From positions 1-54,909 of the IMG/VR virus record IMGVR_UViG_3300050132_000156: a stretch of DNA of 54,909 nt; one strand, given 5' to 3'. The stretch comes from a virus. Taxonomy: Duplodnaviria; Caudoviricetes. Position numbers and translations under genes: made by a program. The notes under the pieces were generated by a model. That model worked only from the letters and a program-made list of their open reading frames with translations, did not search any database and was not told the origin of the DNA. Each line of letters starts with the position of its first letter. Position 1 is the first letter of the stretch. Shown here piece by piece: positions 28,660 through 37,444 of this stretch.

Positions 28660-29279
28660 TGGGCGGGTTCATGGGAATTGGGGGTTCATCGGCAAAAACC
28701 GATAGAGGCCAAACGCTCGGCGATTACGGCAAGCTCAACAACGTCTTTTCGCAGGGCATGGCGATCGGAAACCAGCAGGAGACCGCCGGGCAGGGCATGG
28801 TCCAGAACGCGCAGAGCACCCTCGCGCCGGCAGAGACCTACTATCGCAATCTGTTGACCGCCGGGCGCACTCAGACGGCAGAGCAGGCGGCTCCGGCCAT
28901 TCAGGGTGCACTCGCTCAGTCCGACGCAGCCAAGCGGGAGTCCGCGGCGACGGGGACCAGCCGCTCAGGCGGCACGGCAGCGGCAAATGCGGAGGCGGGC
29001 TCGAAAACCGGCGCGACCATCGACAACATCATCAACGAGAACCTGATGGGCGGCAAGAAGGCCGGGGCTGAGGGCCTGATGGGCGTGGCGAAGGACAAGG
29101 CTGTCCTGGGAAACATGACGCTCGCGAACGCCATGCAGGCGCTCGGGCTCGGGGCCGGAGCGTCGGAAGACACGCTCGCGGCGAGCATCGGTTCTCGGCA
29201 GCTCTCCGATCAGATCGGGCAGGAGACGGGAGCGGCATACGGGCAGTTGGCGGCCATGATTCTGACGGGCGACAGATAA
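28659..29279 (+). CDS. DNA ejection (pilot) protein
   Basis: AGGAGG RBS; Gly/Ala/Gln-rich; starts MGGFMGIGG. Confidence 0.6.
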   Translation: MGGFMGIGGSSAKTDRGQTLGDYGKLNNVFSQGMAIGNQQETAGQGMVQNAQSTLAPAETYYRNLLTAGRTQTAEQAAPAIQGALAQSDAAKRESAATGTSRSGGTAAANAEAGSKTGATIDNIINENLMGGKKAGAEGLMGVAKDKAVLGNMTLANAMQALGLGAGASEDTLAASIGSRQLSDQIGQETGAAYGQLAAMILTGDR

Positions 29280-29289
29280 GGAGATCAAG

Positions 29290-29568
29290 ATGGGCGGATT
29301 CAGTGGGTTTGTATCGGGCTTGTCGGGCGGCGGCGGTGGCGATGCCATCAAGAAGCTCAAATCCAAGTTCAAGCAGAAGAAGGGACCGGGCGGTGCGGAC
29401 TCCGGGACCAACGCCGCATCCTCCGGCGAGACAGAAGGCGGCGGGCTCGGCGTCCCGGCCATGAAGAAGGGCGGCCCGATCAAGAAGACGCGGACGTACT
29501 TGCTCCACAAGGGCGAGCGGGTCTTGAACAAGAGCCAAGCCAAGCGGTACAGCAGGAAACGGGGTTAG
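29290..29568 (+). CDS. Small basic internal virion protein
   Basis: AAGGAG RBS; MGGFSGF...MKKGGPIKKTRTYLLHKGERVL. Confidence 0.6.
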   Translation: MGGFSGFVSGLSGGGGGDAIKKLKSKFKQKKGPGGADSGTNAASSGETEGGGLGVPAMKKGGPIKKTRTYLLHKGERVLNKSQAKRYSRKRG

Positions 29569-29570
29569 CC

Positions 29571-31364
29571 GTGGGCGGATTCGCGGGATTCACGAAGGGC
29601 TTCACCGGCGTCATCGAACCGAAGCTCGAAGCCAATCGCCAGAAGAAGGACGCGCAGGACTCCGAACTGCGTAAATACTGGCTGGGCGTAGCTCTGTCGA
29701 TGGACAAGGACACGCCTGACGCGATCCGGCAGCAGGCCGAGAAGGAACTCGGTAAACTCTACGGAGACAAGGAATCGAAGTCGCTCATCCAGCGCGCCGC
29801 CGGGATGGTCGGCAAGATTCGCGGCAAGGTCCACGGCCAAGGCCAGCAGCAGGCATCACCCGCCGGGGCCGTCCCTCCGATGCAGCAGAGCGGCCAGCAG
29901 CCGTCCGCTGCCGACGCCTCGGGCGCAGAGACCGGAGGCACGCCGCAGTCGCCGGCGCAGGCACCAGCGCAGGGCCAGCCGATGAACGGAGTCCCACCGC
30001 GACCGCAGGCGCAGGCGTCTCCAGGCGCGGTCCCGCCACGACCGCAGGCACCGCCGGGTCCAGGGCAGTCGATGGTCGCGGCGAGCATGGAGGCGAACGC
30101 GGCCAAGCAGCGACAATCCGAGCAGACCGCGCAGTCGGACCAGGACCGCAAGGACAAGAGCGCTGTGAACGTCCACAGGCAGGAGAAGGCCGTTGACACC
30201 CAGTCCACGATGGATGTCTACAAACAGGAGCGCGAGTACGACGCGGCGCATCCCGACCCCAATAAGGTAGCTCCCAAGAAGACAGACATCCACTACCTGA
30301 GCAAGGCCGATGGCGAGTGGCATCTCGGCAAGGAAGACGCGCAGGGCAACAAGTTCACGCAGGACGAAAAGCCCGTCGATCCCACCGACGTGATGGACGT
30401 GAGCAAGAGCGGGCCAAAACCGGAGAAATTCACTGGAGAACTCGGGCAGAGGCTCGCGGCGCAGGCGATCATCGACAATCCAAAGTCCACGCCGTCTGAA
30501 GTCAAGCAGGCCAAGGCTCAGTTGAAGAAGCTGGACGCCGCCGCCACCAGCGTTACGATCCGCAATGAAGTTGCTCGCGAAAACGCGGGAGTCCCAGTCA
30601 CTACTTGGGACAAGACCGGCGAGGATGCGCTTAAGGGGCAACCTGAAATAGTGAAGGCCCTAGTGCGTTCAGTCGCACATTACGACCAAAAGCTCCCATC
30701 CGGCTTTGCGCTGAAGAGTGAACCGTGGAAAAGCGTTGCGGCGCTTGCTCCGCTCTATTCTGGGGGCAAGTGGAAGGAATACAACTACGACATCGCCCGT
30801 TCGATGAAGCAGGACTACACCAACACCAAGGGCAACGCGACCGGAGCGAAGATCATCTCGCTGAACACCCTGACGCAGCACCTCGACACCTTTGAGCAGG
30901 CCGCGAACGCCATGAATGCGAAGGACACGCGGCTGTTGAATAAGTTCATCAACGAGATCCGCACGCAAACAGGATCGAAACAGGTGACGAACTTCGAGAC
31001 CGCCAGAACGGCGATTGCGGACGAACTCGCGACGGCCCTCAAGCAAAGCGGTGCCACTGACGTGACCATCGGCCACTGGCGCGAGAACTTCCAGCAGGCG
31101 TCCTCCAAAGGGCAATTCAAGGGTGCAATCCAGGAAGCCTACAACCTCATGGCGGGACGCCTGAAGCCGCTTAAAGAAGAGTACGAGCAGGTCATCGGGA
31201 ATCTCGACGTACCAATTGTGCTGAAGTCTTCGAAGCCTTACTTTGAGGCCCATGGCATCAATCCGGACACGCTGGAGCCGAAGCAGCAGGCGTCTCCGAA
31301 GGGTCAGGTCGGCCCCATGGTCGATCCCAAGGTCAAAGAACTCCGCAATAAGTACAACTACTGA
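29571..31364 (+). CDS. DNA ejection protein
   Basis: 597 aa, Q/P/A linker, helical; starts MGGFAGF. Confidence 0.6.
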   Translation: MGGFAGFTKGFTGVIEPKLEANRQKKDAQDSELRKYWLGVALSMDKDTPDAIRQQAEKELGKLYGDKESKSLIQRAAGMVGKIRGKVHGQGQQQASPAGAVPPMQQSGQQPSAADASGAETGGTPQSPAQAPAQGQPMNGVPPRPQAQASPGAVPPRPQAPPGPGQSMVAASMEANAAKQRQSEQTAQSDQDRKDKSAVNVHRQEKAVDTQSTMDVYKQEREYDAAHPDPNKVAPKKTDIHYLSKADGEWHLGKEDAQGNKFTQDEKPVDPTDVMDVSKSGPKPEKFTGELGQRLAAQAIIDNPKSTPSEVKQAKAQLKKLDAAATSVTIRNEVARENAGVPVTTWDKTGEDALKGQPEIVKALVRSVAHYDQKLPSGFALKSEPWKSVAALAPLYSGGKWKEYNYDIARSMKQDYTNTKGNATGAKIISLNTLTQHLDTFEQAANAMNAKDTRLLNKFINEIRTQTGSKQVTNFETARTAIADELATALKQSGATDVTIGHWRENFQQASSKGQFKGAIQEAYNLMAGRLKPLKEEYEQVIGNLDVPIVLKSSKPYFEAHGINPDTLEPKQQASPKGQVGPMVDPKVKELRNKYNY

Positions 31365-33391
31365 TGCCCCCCGAACTCAGCGAAGAGAACCGGACTAAAC
31401 TCGACGGCATCGTTCAGCAGATGACGGTGAACAAAGAGTCCGACGACAACGTGAAACTTGTCGTCGAGGACTTCAAAAAGAAGTATTCCGGGCAGGGCAG
31501 CGGGCAAAAGAAAGAACCGGGATTTCTCCAGAATGCGATGGGCTATGCTGCGGGAGCCTTCGCCAATCTCACCAAGACCGCTCCGATCACCGGAGCGCTC
31601 AAGGGCGCGGCGCACACCGCTACCAATCTCGCGGACATCGGGAACATGGCGGCGGGCGACTTCAGCAAGCAGCCCGGTCGCGAAAAGATCGACAAGGCGA
31701 TCACCCCGACCAAGGAAGAGAAGCCCTGGTACATGGGCGAGCAGTTCGCGGAGTTCTTCATTCCGACCGGCACCGGCGAGATCAAGGCTGCGGCGAACGC
31801 TCCGCGCTGGATCAAGGCGCTCGTGGGCGCGGGACGCGAAGCGCTCGACATCGGCATGAAGACCTTTGCGCAGACCAAAGACCCGATGGCGTCCCTCAAG
31901 GCGGCGGGCATCGGCGGGGCGGTCGGAGCGGTAAGCGGGGGTCTGGCGGGCAAGGATCTCACCGTGAAGTCCAGGCTCTCCCCGAAGTCGGAAGCGGCGC
32001 AGGCCGAAGTAAGGGCACAAGGAATCCCCAGCAGCGTCGGGGACAGGACAGGCAATCCGAATTGGAGAATGAGGGAACAGAGGACTGCGTTGAAGCATGG
32101 CGCAGTCGGCAAGATGGAGGACTTTGCGGAGAGGAAGTCCACCGAGTCGATGAGGGCGATCAAGGAAATACCCGCTCGCGTCGGCGGCAAATCCGGCACT
32201 GAAGTTGACGCTGGGGCCGACATCGAGAGAGGCGTGAAGGGTCGCTATTCCGAGCAGAAACAGATCGCCGACAAGGAATACTCGACCGTGCGGGAGACTG
32301 CGGCCAAGGCTAGCAAGACGGCTCAAGTCGGGACGAAGAGGAGTTCCGTTCTGGACTCTCGCGGGAACCCCGTAGAAACTCCGATCATGGGCACGGTCGA
32401 GGCCCCGGTCCCGATGGCCCCGATCCGCTCCAAACTGACTCCGTATTTCGACGAACTCACAGGAACGCTCCCGCAGGCAGTCAAAGACAACTCTCCAGGC
32501 TACGCCGCTCTGAGAGACATCGTGCAAGGCAAAGAGGAGTCGATAGATGCCCTGAAGCTCGACAAGAGCCTGTCTGCGCTCAAGGGCTTCATGCGCAAGT
32601 ACGGCGGCGGGCCGGTGGACAAGTCTGGGCGCTACGCGATGGCGACCATAGAGGAGCTTGAGGGCGGCATGGCGGCGGCGCTGAAGAAGGAGGCTTCAGG
32701 GGCATACGAGGCCCTGCTGAGAGGCCGCGCGGCCGTGAAGAAGTACGCCTTCGCCAACGAACTCCTATCTCGTCTGCTGCCGGAGAACGCAGCTACATCG
32801 GTGATCTTTGACAGGCTTACGGCGGCCAGCGGACGGATGCTGCCCGACCTGAAGGTGCTCAAGGGGATAGCTCCCGAGGAAGTCAAGACGGTAGGCCGGA
32901 CGTACCTTCAGGGCTTGGTAGACCACATGACTGAGGGCGGCAAGACAGAGCGCGTCAAGTCGGCCCTAAATAAGTTCCGAAACCTTCAGCCCGAGGTCCG
33001 CGAGATCCTGTTCGGCAAGGCGCAGTCGGAAAAGATCGACAACCTGCTGCAAGGCATACGCGACAACGGGATAGACACGAACCCGTCTGGATCTGGCAAG
33101 TGGGGAATGCTTGAAAAAGCCATCGGTGGAACGGCTGCCGTTAGCGTGCCTAGCTTTATGTCGGCGGGAAAGCCAGAGATGGCGGCGTATGCGGCCGGAA
33201 TTGGCGCTGCTACGGCAGCGGGTAAAGCACTGTTCAACAACCGCCTCGCATGGCTGATGACCTCCGAGCGGGGTATCCGTATGCTCACGAATACCCTCAA
33301 ACTGCCGGAGAACACCTACGGTTTCAGCCGCGCTCTGGAGGCTCTGGGGGCGGAGGCAGCGAAGGCGGATCAGGAGGAGACTGTGCCATGA
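31364..33391 (+). CDS. Large DNA ejection protein
   Basis: 675 aa, helical with Gly/Ala hydrophobic stretches; last gene of the structural block. Confidence 0.6.
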   Translation: MPPELSEENRTKLDGIVQQMTVNKESDDNVKLVVEDFKKKYSGQGSGQKKEPGFLQNAMGYAAGAFANLTKTAPITGALKGAAHTATNLADIGNMAAGDFSKQPGREKIDKAITPTKEEKPWYMGEQFAEFFIPTGTGEIKAAANAPRWIKALVGAGREALDIGMKTFAQTKDPMASLKAAGIGGAVGAVSGGLAGKDLTVKSRLSPKSEAAQAEVRAQGIPSSVGDRTGNPNWRMREQRTALKHGAVGKMEDFAERKSTESMRAIKEIPARVGGKSGTEVDAGADIERGVKGRYSEQKQIADKEYSTVRETAAKASKTAQVGTKRSSVLDSRGNPVETPIMGTVEAPVPMAPIRSKLTPYFDELTGTLPQAVKDNSPGYAALRDIVQGKEESIDALKLDKSLSALKGFMRKYGGGPVDKSGRYAMATIEELEGGMAAALKKEASGAYEALLRGRAAVKKYAFANELLSRLLPENAATSVIFDRLTAASGRMLPDLKVLKGIAPEEVKTVGRTYLQGLVDHMTEGGKTERVKSALNKFRNLQPEVREILFGKAQSEKIDNLLQGIRDNGIDTNPSGSGKWGMLEKAIGGTAAVSVPSFMSAGKPEMAAYAAGIGAATAAGKALFNNRLAWLMTSERGIRMLTNTLKLPENTYGFSRALEALGAEAAKADQEETVP

Positions 33392-33713
33392 TGAGAGGCA
33401 GATCCAATGATCGCAATTTCTCGGTCTCCAGGATGGCCTTGACCCACCAAGCCGCATCTGATCCAGGCTGACGCGGCTCAGGTACAGAATGGACCCTATC
33501 GATCGTATCTATCATGACCCCAACGACATGGCATGGACGCCCAGGTCCCGACATATCTTCCCGCAAGATCGGGAATATGAGTTGTTTCTCGGCGTCTTCT
33601 GGAAATGCCTTGCATTCCCAGTCTCCGCTTGAATTTTTGAACGGTCTTGCGATGCAATAGCCTCTATACGACCGCTCTAATTCTAAGCCAAACAGCGGCA
33701 ATTTATATTTCAT
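33324..33713 (-). CDS. Hypothetical protein
   Basis: GAGGA RBS; lower GC. Confidence 0.5.
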   Translation of the reverse strand: MKYKLPLFGLELERSYRGYCIARPFKNSSGDWECKAFPEDAEKQLIFPILREDMSGPGRPCHVVGVMIDTIDRVHSVPEPRQPGSDAAWWVKAILETEKLRSLDLPLIMAQSPPDPPSLPPPPEPPERG

Positions 33714-33719
33714 GATTCC

Positions 33720-33956
33720 TCAACCCTCCACTCCAGATTCAGCCTCCGCAATAAGCCTGCGCTGCCGGAACAATTGAAGGTCTAGCCTCCAACCAGCCAC
33801 TTTCCACTGAGGGCCGAACCACTTGTCGTCCGAGGACGCAATTTCCAACATGAGGTCTTCTGCCTTGTTGAGTAGTTCCTCGGCCTGTTCCTCGAATGAA
33901 GCCGCCGGGTTCAGCGACCCAGAAAACGTCAACGACGGATGTAACGGTTCCAGCAT
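33720..33956 (-). CDS. Small hypothetical protein, paralog A (..EEQAEELL..FRQRRLIAEA)
   Basis: GGAGG RBS before ATG 33956; similar to 34341..34652. Confidence 0.6.
   Translation of the reverse strand: MLEPLHPSLTFSGSLNPAASFEEQAEELLNKAEDLMLEIASSDDKWFGPQWKVAGWRLDLQLFRQRRLIAEAESGVEG
33741..33771. repeat. 31-bp exact direct repeat, copy 1 (copy 2 at 34392..34422)
   Basis: AGCCTCCGCAATAAGCCTGCGCTGCCGGAAC occurs twice. Confidence 0.9.
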
Positions 33957-33957
33957 C

Positions 33958-34389
33958 TCAGCCTCCTGGCCGCAGCCGTCTCTTGTTGGGGCCGCCGCAG
34001 CGCAAATCGGGCAGTACGCTTTCGTGCCACATGCCGAATTCAAACACGAGTTCACGAAGCCTGTCAGGGTAATGCCCCGGCTCATTGCGAAGACACACCA
34101 CCTCGCGGCAAAGAGATATTGTAACCGCAGACTCCCAATGGCAGTCTGTCGTGAATTCAGCCAACTCCACTTCGTCCATGTCTCCGATCTGCCGCTCGGA
34201 TGCAGGCCCTTGCGAATCCCAGAATTTGAGCACTGCGACGCCTCGGCCATCACGGATGACCGTGCCATAGTATTTCCCGGCAAGCGGATCTATTGACCAC
34301 GGAGCGGGAAATGACTCCAAAACCGCGCCGAACCAGTCCTTTACCGACGAGAAGCCCCATCGTCCTCGGTCGTCAAATCCGTATGACAT
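33958..34389 (-). CDS. Hypothetical protein
   Basis: GGAGG RBS supplied by the 31-bp repeat. Confidence 0.55.
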   Translation of the reverse strand: MSYGFDDRGRWGFSSVKDWFGAVLESFPAPWSIDPLAGKYYGTVIRDGRGVAVLKFWDSQGPASERQIGDMDEVELAEFTTDCHWESAVTISLCREVVCLRNEPGHYPDRLRELVFEFGMWHESVLPDLRCGGPNKRRLRPGG

Positions 34390-34652
34390 TTAGCCTCCGC
34401 AATAAGCCTGCGCTGCCGGAACTTCCAAAAGTCGGCGGTCCAGCGTTCGATGATCGCCCTCCGGCATTGGGATAAATCATCGCAAGCGGTTGCGATCTGA
34501 AACGCCGCCTCCGCGCGCTCCAGCAACTCCTCCGCCTGCTCGTCGAGCGAATACGCCGGGTTCAGCATCTTGCCTTCCTTCCTGTTCCTGAATTGCATCC
34601 GGACAACGCGGCCCTGGTACATCAGGTTACTGCGCGGCTTACCACGGCTCAT
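34341..34652 (-). CDS. Small hypothetical protein, paralog B
   Basis: GGAGG RBS; LNPAYSLDEQAEELL..FRQRRLIAEA. Confidence 0.55.
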   Translation of the reverse strand: MSRGKPRSNLMYQGRVVRMQFRNRKEGKMLNPAYSLDEQAEELLERAEAAFQIATACDDLSQCRRAIIERWTADFWKFRQRRLIAEAKCHTDLTTEDDGASRR

Positions 34653-34759
34653 CAAAACCTCCACCTGACTAACGTACTTCCCATCCACGGCCACCAAAGC
34701 CACGGCCTCTCGCCTCGGTCAAACACGCTGAAATGGAACCACGGGCAATCAATCGTCAC

Positions 34760-35086
34760 TCAGCCCTCCAGCCTTTCTTTAATCTTCTCCTCCACGTGCT
34801 CATCCTGCCCATCGTTGGACGTCAGCAACCGTGCCTTCAACTCTCGCGGCGCTTCTTCCAGCATCTCCTCGACGCTCGCCTCTTCAGGCGCGGGAACATC
34901 CCGAAGGCCCTCTTTCCTATTGACGCTCAAAGCCTCTAGGATCTGATCCAGCGCGTAGCACATGCAGACGAAAAGCCACATGAACGCGAGTCCCAAGTTT
35001 CCGCGCGCCAGAAGCGTGCAGAACACCAACGGTGGGATAACGATCCATGCCGTGAGAGTCAGCACGAACCTAAGAAACGGAACCAT
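34760..35086 (-). CDS. Two-TM membrane protein with acidic tail
   Basis: Hydrophobic N-half, Glu-rich C-half; GGAGGGG RBS. Confidence 0.55.
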   Translation of the reverse strand: MVPFLRFVLTLTAWIVIPPLVFCTLLARGNLGLAFMWLFVCMCYALDQILEALSVNRKEGLRDVPAPEEASVEEMLEEAPRELKARLLTSNDGQDEHVEEKIKERLEG

Positions 35087-35087
35087 C

Positions 35088-35981
35088 TCACCCCTCCACT
35101 CCGTAACACTTCCACTGCCACTGGCACGCATACGGCTTGTCGCACGCCGGCCTGAAGATCGGCAACTCCCGGTAATCTTCCGGCAACGCCTCCAGCCGCG
35201 CGGCTTCTTGCCTGACGTGCTCCACGTTCCGTGCGCACAGTTTCTCTGACGCCTGCTTCAGATTCCGATGGTGGATCAGCCGCACGTTGTCGCGCTCCAT
35301 CATGTTTACCCAGTCCTTCGCATTGTTCGCCGTCGAATCCTGGAACCAGATCGGTTTCCAATCGCCCTGCAACGGCCTGCCGTCCTGCTTCTGAAAGGCG
35401 AACCGGCCTGCCACTGCGGGATGCTTGTACGCCTTGCACCAGGCCGTGTGCTGGTGGCCGTGGCGCTGGCTGCCGATCTCGACGAGGTGCAACTGCATCG
35501 GCACGCGCGCCGCGAGCATATCGCCCGAGACGTACCAGGAGTGCAGTTCGGCCATTGGAATCGAGTCCTCAATCTTGTCGATAGTGGCCCAACGGTGTAG
35601 CGTGCCGGTGTCGTCCTGAAAGCAGGAGCAACGCCACCTTAACTCTCCATCCAGGATGATCGTCGGCCCTGGCTTCAAACTCAGGATCGTCTCGCGCGAG
35701 ATCGCCTCCAGGATCGTCTGCAGCATCGCGATGTAATCCTGCGCGATGGTGAACGGGTCGCGCCCGGTGTCGAGCCCGGGCGACTTCGCGGCCTTCAGGA
35801 ACATCTCGACGGCCACCGCAGTCGCGTTCGTGTTCCCTTGCGACAGGGTATATATACCAGAGCGCAGGCAGCGGTCGAAGAGCACCTTCGGATACCAGCG
35901 GCGCTCGGCTTGCTCGGCGTTGAGGATCGCGAGGCGCGGGCAGCGCTGGAGGTTCGTCAGGAGAGGGGCGGATAAAATCAT
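35088..35981 (-). CDS. Cas4/RecB-like PD-(D/E)xK-fold protein, catalytic motif not evident
   Basis: N-terminal LQRCPR and C-terminal CDKPYACQWQWKC Cys arrangement. Confidence 0.55.
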   Translation of the reverse strand: MILSAPLLTNLQRCPRLAILNAEQAERRWYPKVLFDRCLRSGIYTLSQGNTNATAVAVEMFLKAAKSPGLDTGRDPFTIAQDYIAMLQTILEAISRETILSLKPGPTIILDGELRWRCSCFQDDTGTLHRWATIDKIEDSIPMAELHSWYVSGDMLAARVPMQLHLVEIGSQRHGHQHTAWCKAYKHPAVAGRFAFQKQDGRPLQGDWKPIWFQDSTANNAKDWVNMMERDNVRLIHHRNLKQASEKLCARNVEHVRQEAARLEALPEDYRELPIFRPACDKPYACQWQWKCYGVEG

Positions 35982-35992
35982 TCAAAAACCAC

Positions 35993-36022
35993 TTGACATA
36001 AGCGTACTACCGGAACTACAGT
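35993..36022 (+). promoter_or_regulatory. Sigma70-type promoter for the recombination/replication operon
   Basis: TTGACA, 18 nt, TACAGT in a divergent gap. Confidence 0.6.
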
Positions 36023-36043
36023 GGGTCAAGGAAAACGTATTAC

Positions 36044-36214
36044 ATGGGAAGAAAAAAGAAGCCGGACAAAATGCAGGTCGTCTGCACCAAGATGCCGCCG
36101 GGCCTCATCGTAGCGCTCGACCGGCTTGCCCGCAAGCTCAAGGGAACGCGGTCTGTGCTGATCCGGGCCGTGCTGATTGACCACGTGGCGAAGGAGAAGC
36201 AGGTCTATGACTGA
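36044..36214 (+). CDS. Ribbon-helix-helix (CopG/Arc-like) regulator
   Basis: Translated by hand: MGRKKKPDKMQVVCTKMPPGLIVALDRLARKLKGTRSVLIRAVLIDHV; AAGGA RBS; not in the ORF track. Confidence 0.7.
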   Translation: MGRKKKPDKMQVVCTKMPPGLIVALDRLARKLKGTRSVLIRAVLIDHVAKEKQVYD

Positions 36215-37133
36215 GCGCGAGAAGTTCCTGGCCGAGCGGCAGTTGGGCTGCGGCGGCAGTGATGCGGCGAGCCTGTTCAACCTTGGATGGGGCTGCCAGC
36301 GGCGGCTCTGGTACGACAAGACCGCGCAGGAGGTTGACTCGCCACGCAAGCCATCCCCAATCATGGAAATCGGGAACTTGCTAGAACCTCTGTTCGCTCG
36401 GATGTATCACGACGCAACCGGCAGTTTGGTCAGCATGGAGAAGGTCTTCGTCCAGGACAAAGAGGCCCACATCGCGGTCCACATTGACGCCTGGGTGATT
36501 TCTGATCGCGGTAACCGCGGAGTCGCCGAGATCAAAGCATGCGGTCGCGGCGCGTTTTACAAGTACAAACGAGAAGGGCTGCCCGAAGACTACGTGCTGC
36601 AACTTCAGACCGGCATGGGCGTTACGGGCTCTGAATGGGGCGTTTTTATTATTGGCTGTCGGGATAGCGGTGAGATCCTACATTGGGAAGTGGAAGCGCG
36701 AGGGGGTATTTACACCGAGATCCTGGCGGCGGCGGCGGTGTTCTGGAAAGACCTGAAGGCCGAGCAGAACCCCTACGAGCGCCTGGAGCCCGACGACAAG
36801 CGCTGCGCCTCGTGCTCCTACCGAACGACCTGCCAGGGCGAGCACATCTCGCTCGCGGCGGCTGGCCTGACGGCCAAGGACGGCTACGAGATGGATAACT
36901 CGATCCTGCCGCTGCTGATCGAGCGGGCCGAGCGGTCAGCACTGAAGAAAGAAGCCGAGAACCTGTTCGACGAGACGAACGAAGAGATCAAGGCGCGGCT
37001 CGGAGACCGGAAACTGGTCTGCACCGAGCAGGGGCACAAGGTTCAATACTATTCGTTCCACAAGGCCGAGTACGTTGTGAAGGCTCACGACGAAAGGCCG
37101 CTGAGAGTGTACGCACCGAAGGGGGAGAAATGA
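36207..37133 (+). CDS. YqaJ-like (lambda-Exo family) exonuclease
   Basis: RQLGCGGSDAASL, GNLLEP, HIDAW..AEIK, YVLQLQ. Confidence 0.88.
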   Translation: MTEREKFLAERQLGCGGSDAASLFNLGWGCQRRLWYDKTAQEVDSPRKPSPIMEIGNLLEPLFARMYHDATGSLVSMEKVFVQDKEAHIAVHIDAWVISDRGNRGVAEIKACGRGAFYKYKREGLPEDYVLQLQTGMGVTGSEWGVFIIGCRDSGEILHWEVEARGGIYTEILAAAAVFWKDLKAEQNPYERLEPDDKRCASCSYRTTCQGEHISLAAAGLTAKDGYEMDNSILPLLIERAERSALKKEAENLFDETNEEIKARLGDRKLVCTEQGHKVQYYSFHKAEYVVKAHDERPLRVYAPKGEK

Positions 37134-37444
37134 GCAAGGTATTTCACAAGGCGAAGGACATCGGACCGCCGATAGATCCGGCTCTTATCGCGCACAAACA
37201 AAGCTTTTTCAACGCAGGCATAAATACCTATAACCTTCCTCCGCGTTCGCCGGAAGAGGAAAGGCGAGTCATCGCCGAAGTGAACTGGGAGCGGTCCAAG
37301 AAACAAGAGCGCGAGCGCTGCGCCAAGATCGCCGAAGACGCTTACCTGCTGACCGAGCCGTACTCGCACAACGTCCAGAATCAGTCAGTGCGAAAGAAGT
37401 TCGGGAAACTGATCGCTGCAAAGATACGAGAGGAGTTGAAGTGA
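37130..37444 (+). CDS. Hypothetical protein
   Basis: ATGA overlap; ERERCAKIAE motif common in small phage proteins. Confidence 0.6.
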   Translation: MSKVFHKAKDIGPPIDPALIAHKQSFFNAGINTYNLPPRSPEEERRVIAEVNWERSKKQERERCAKIAEDAYLLTEPYSHNVQNQSVRKKFGKLIAAKIREELK

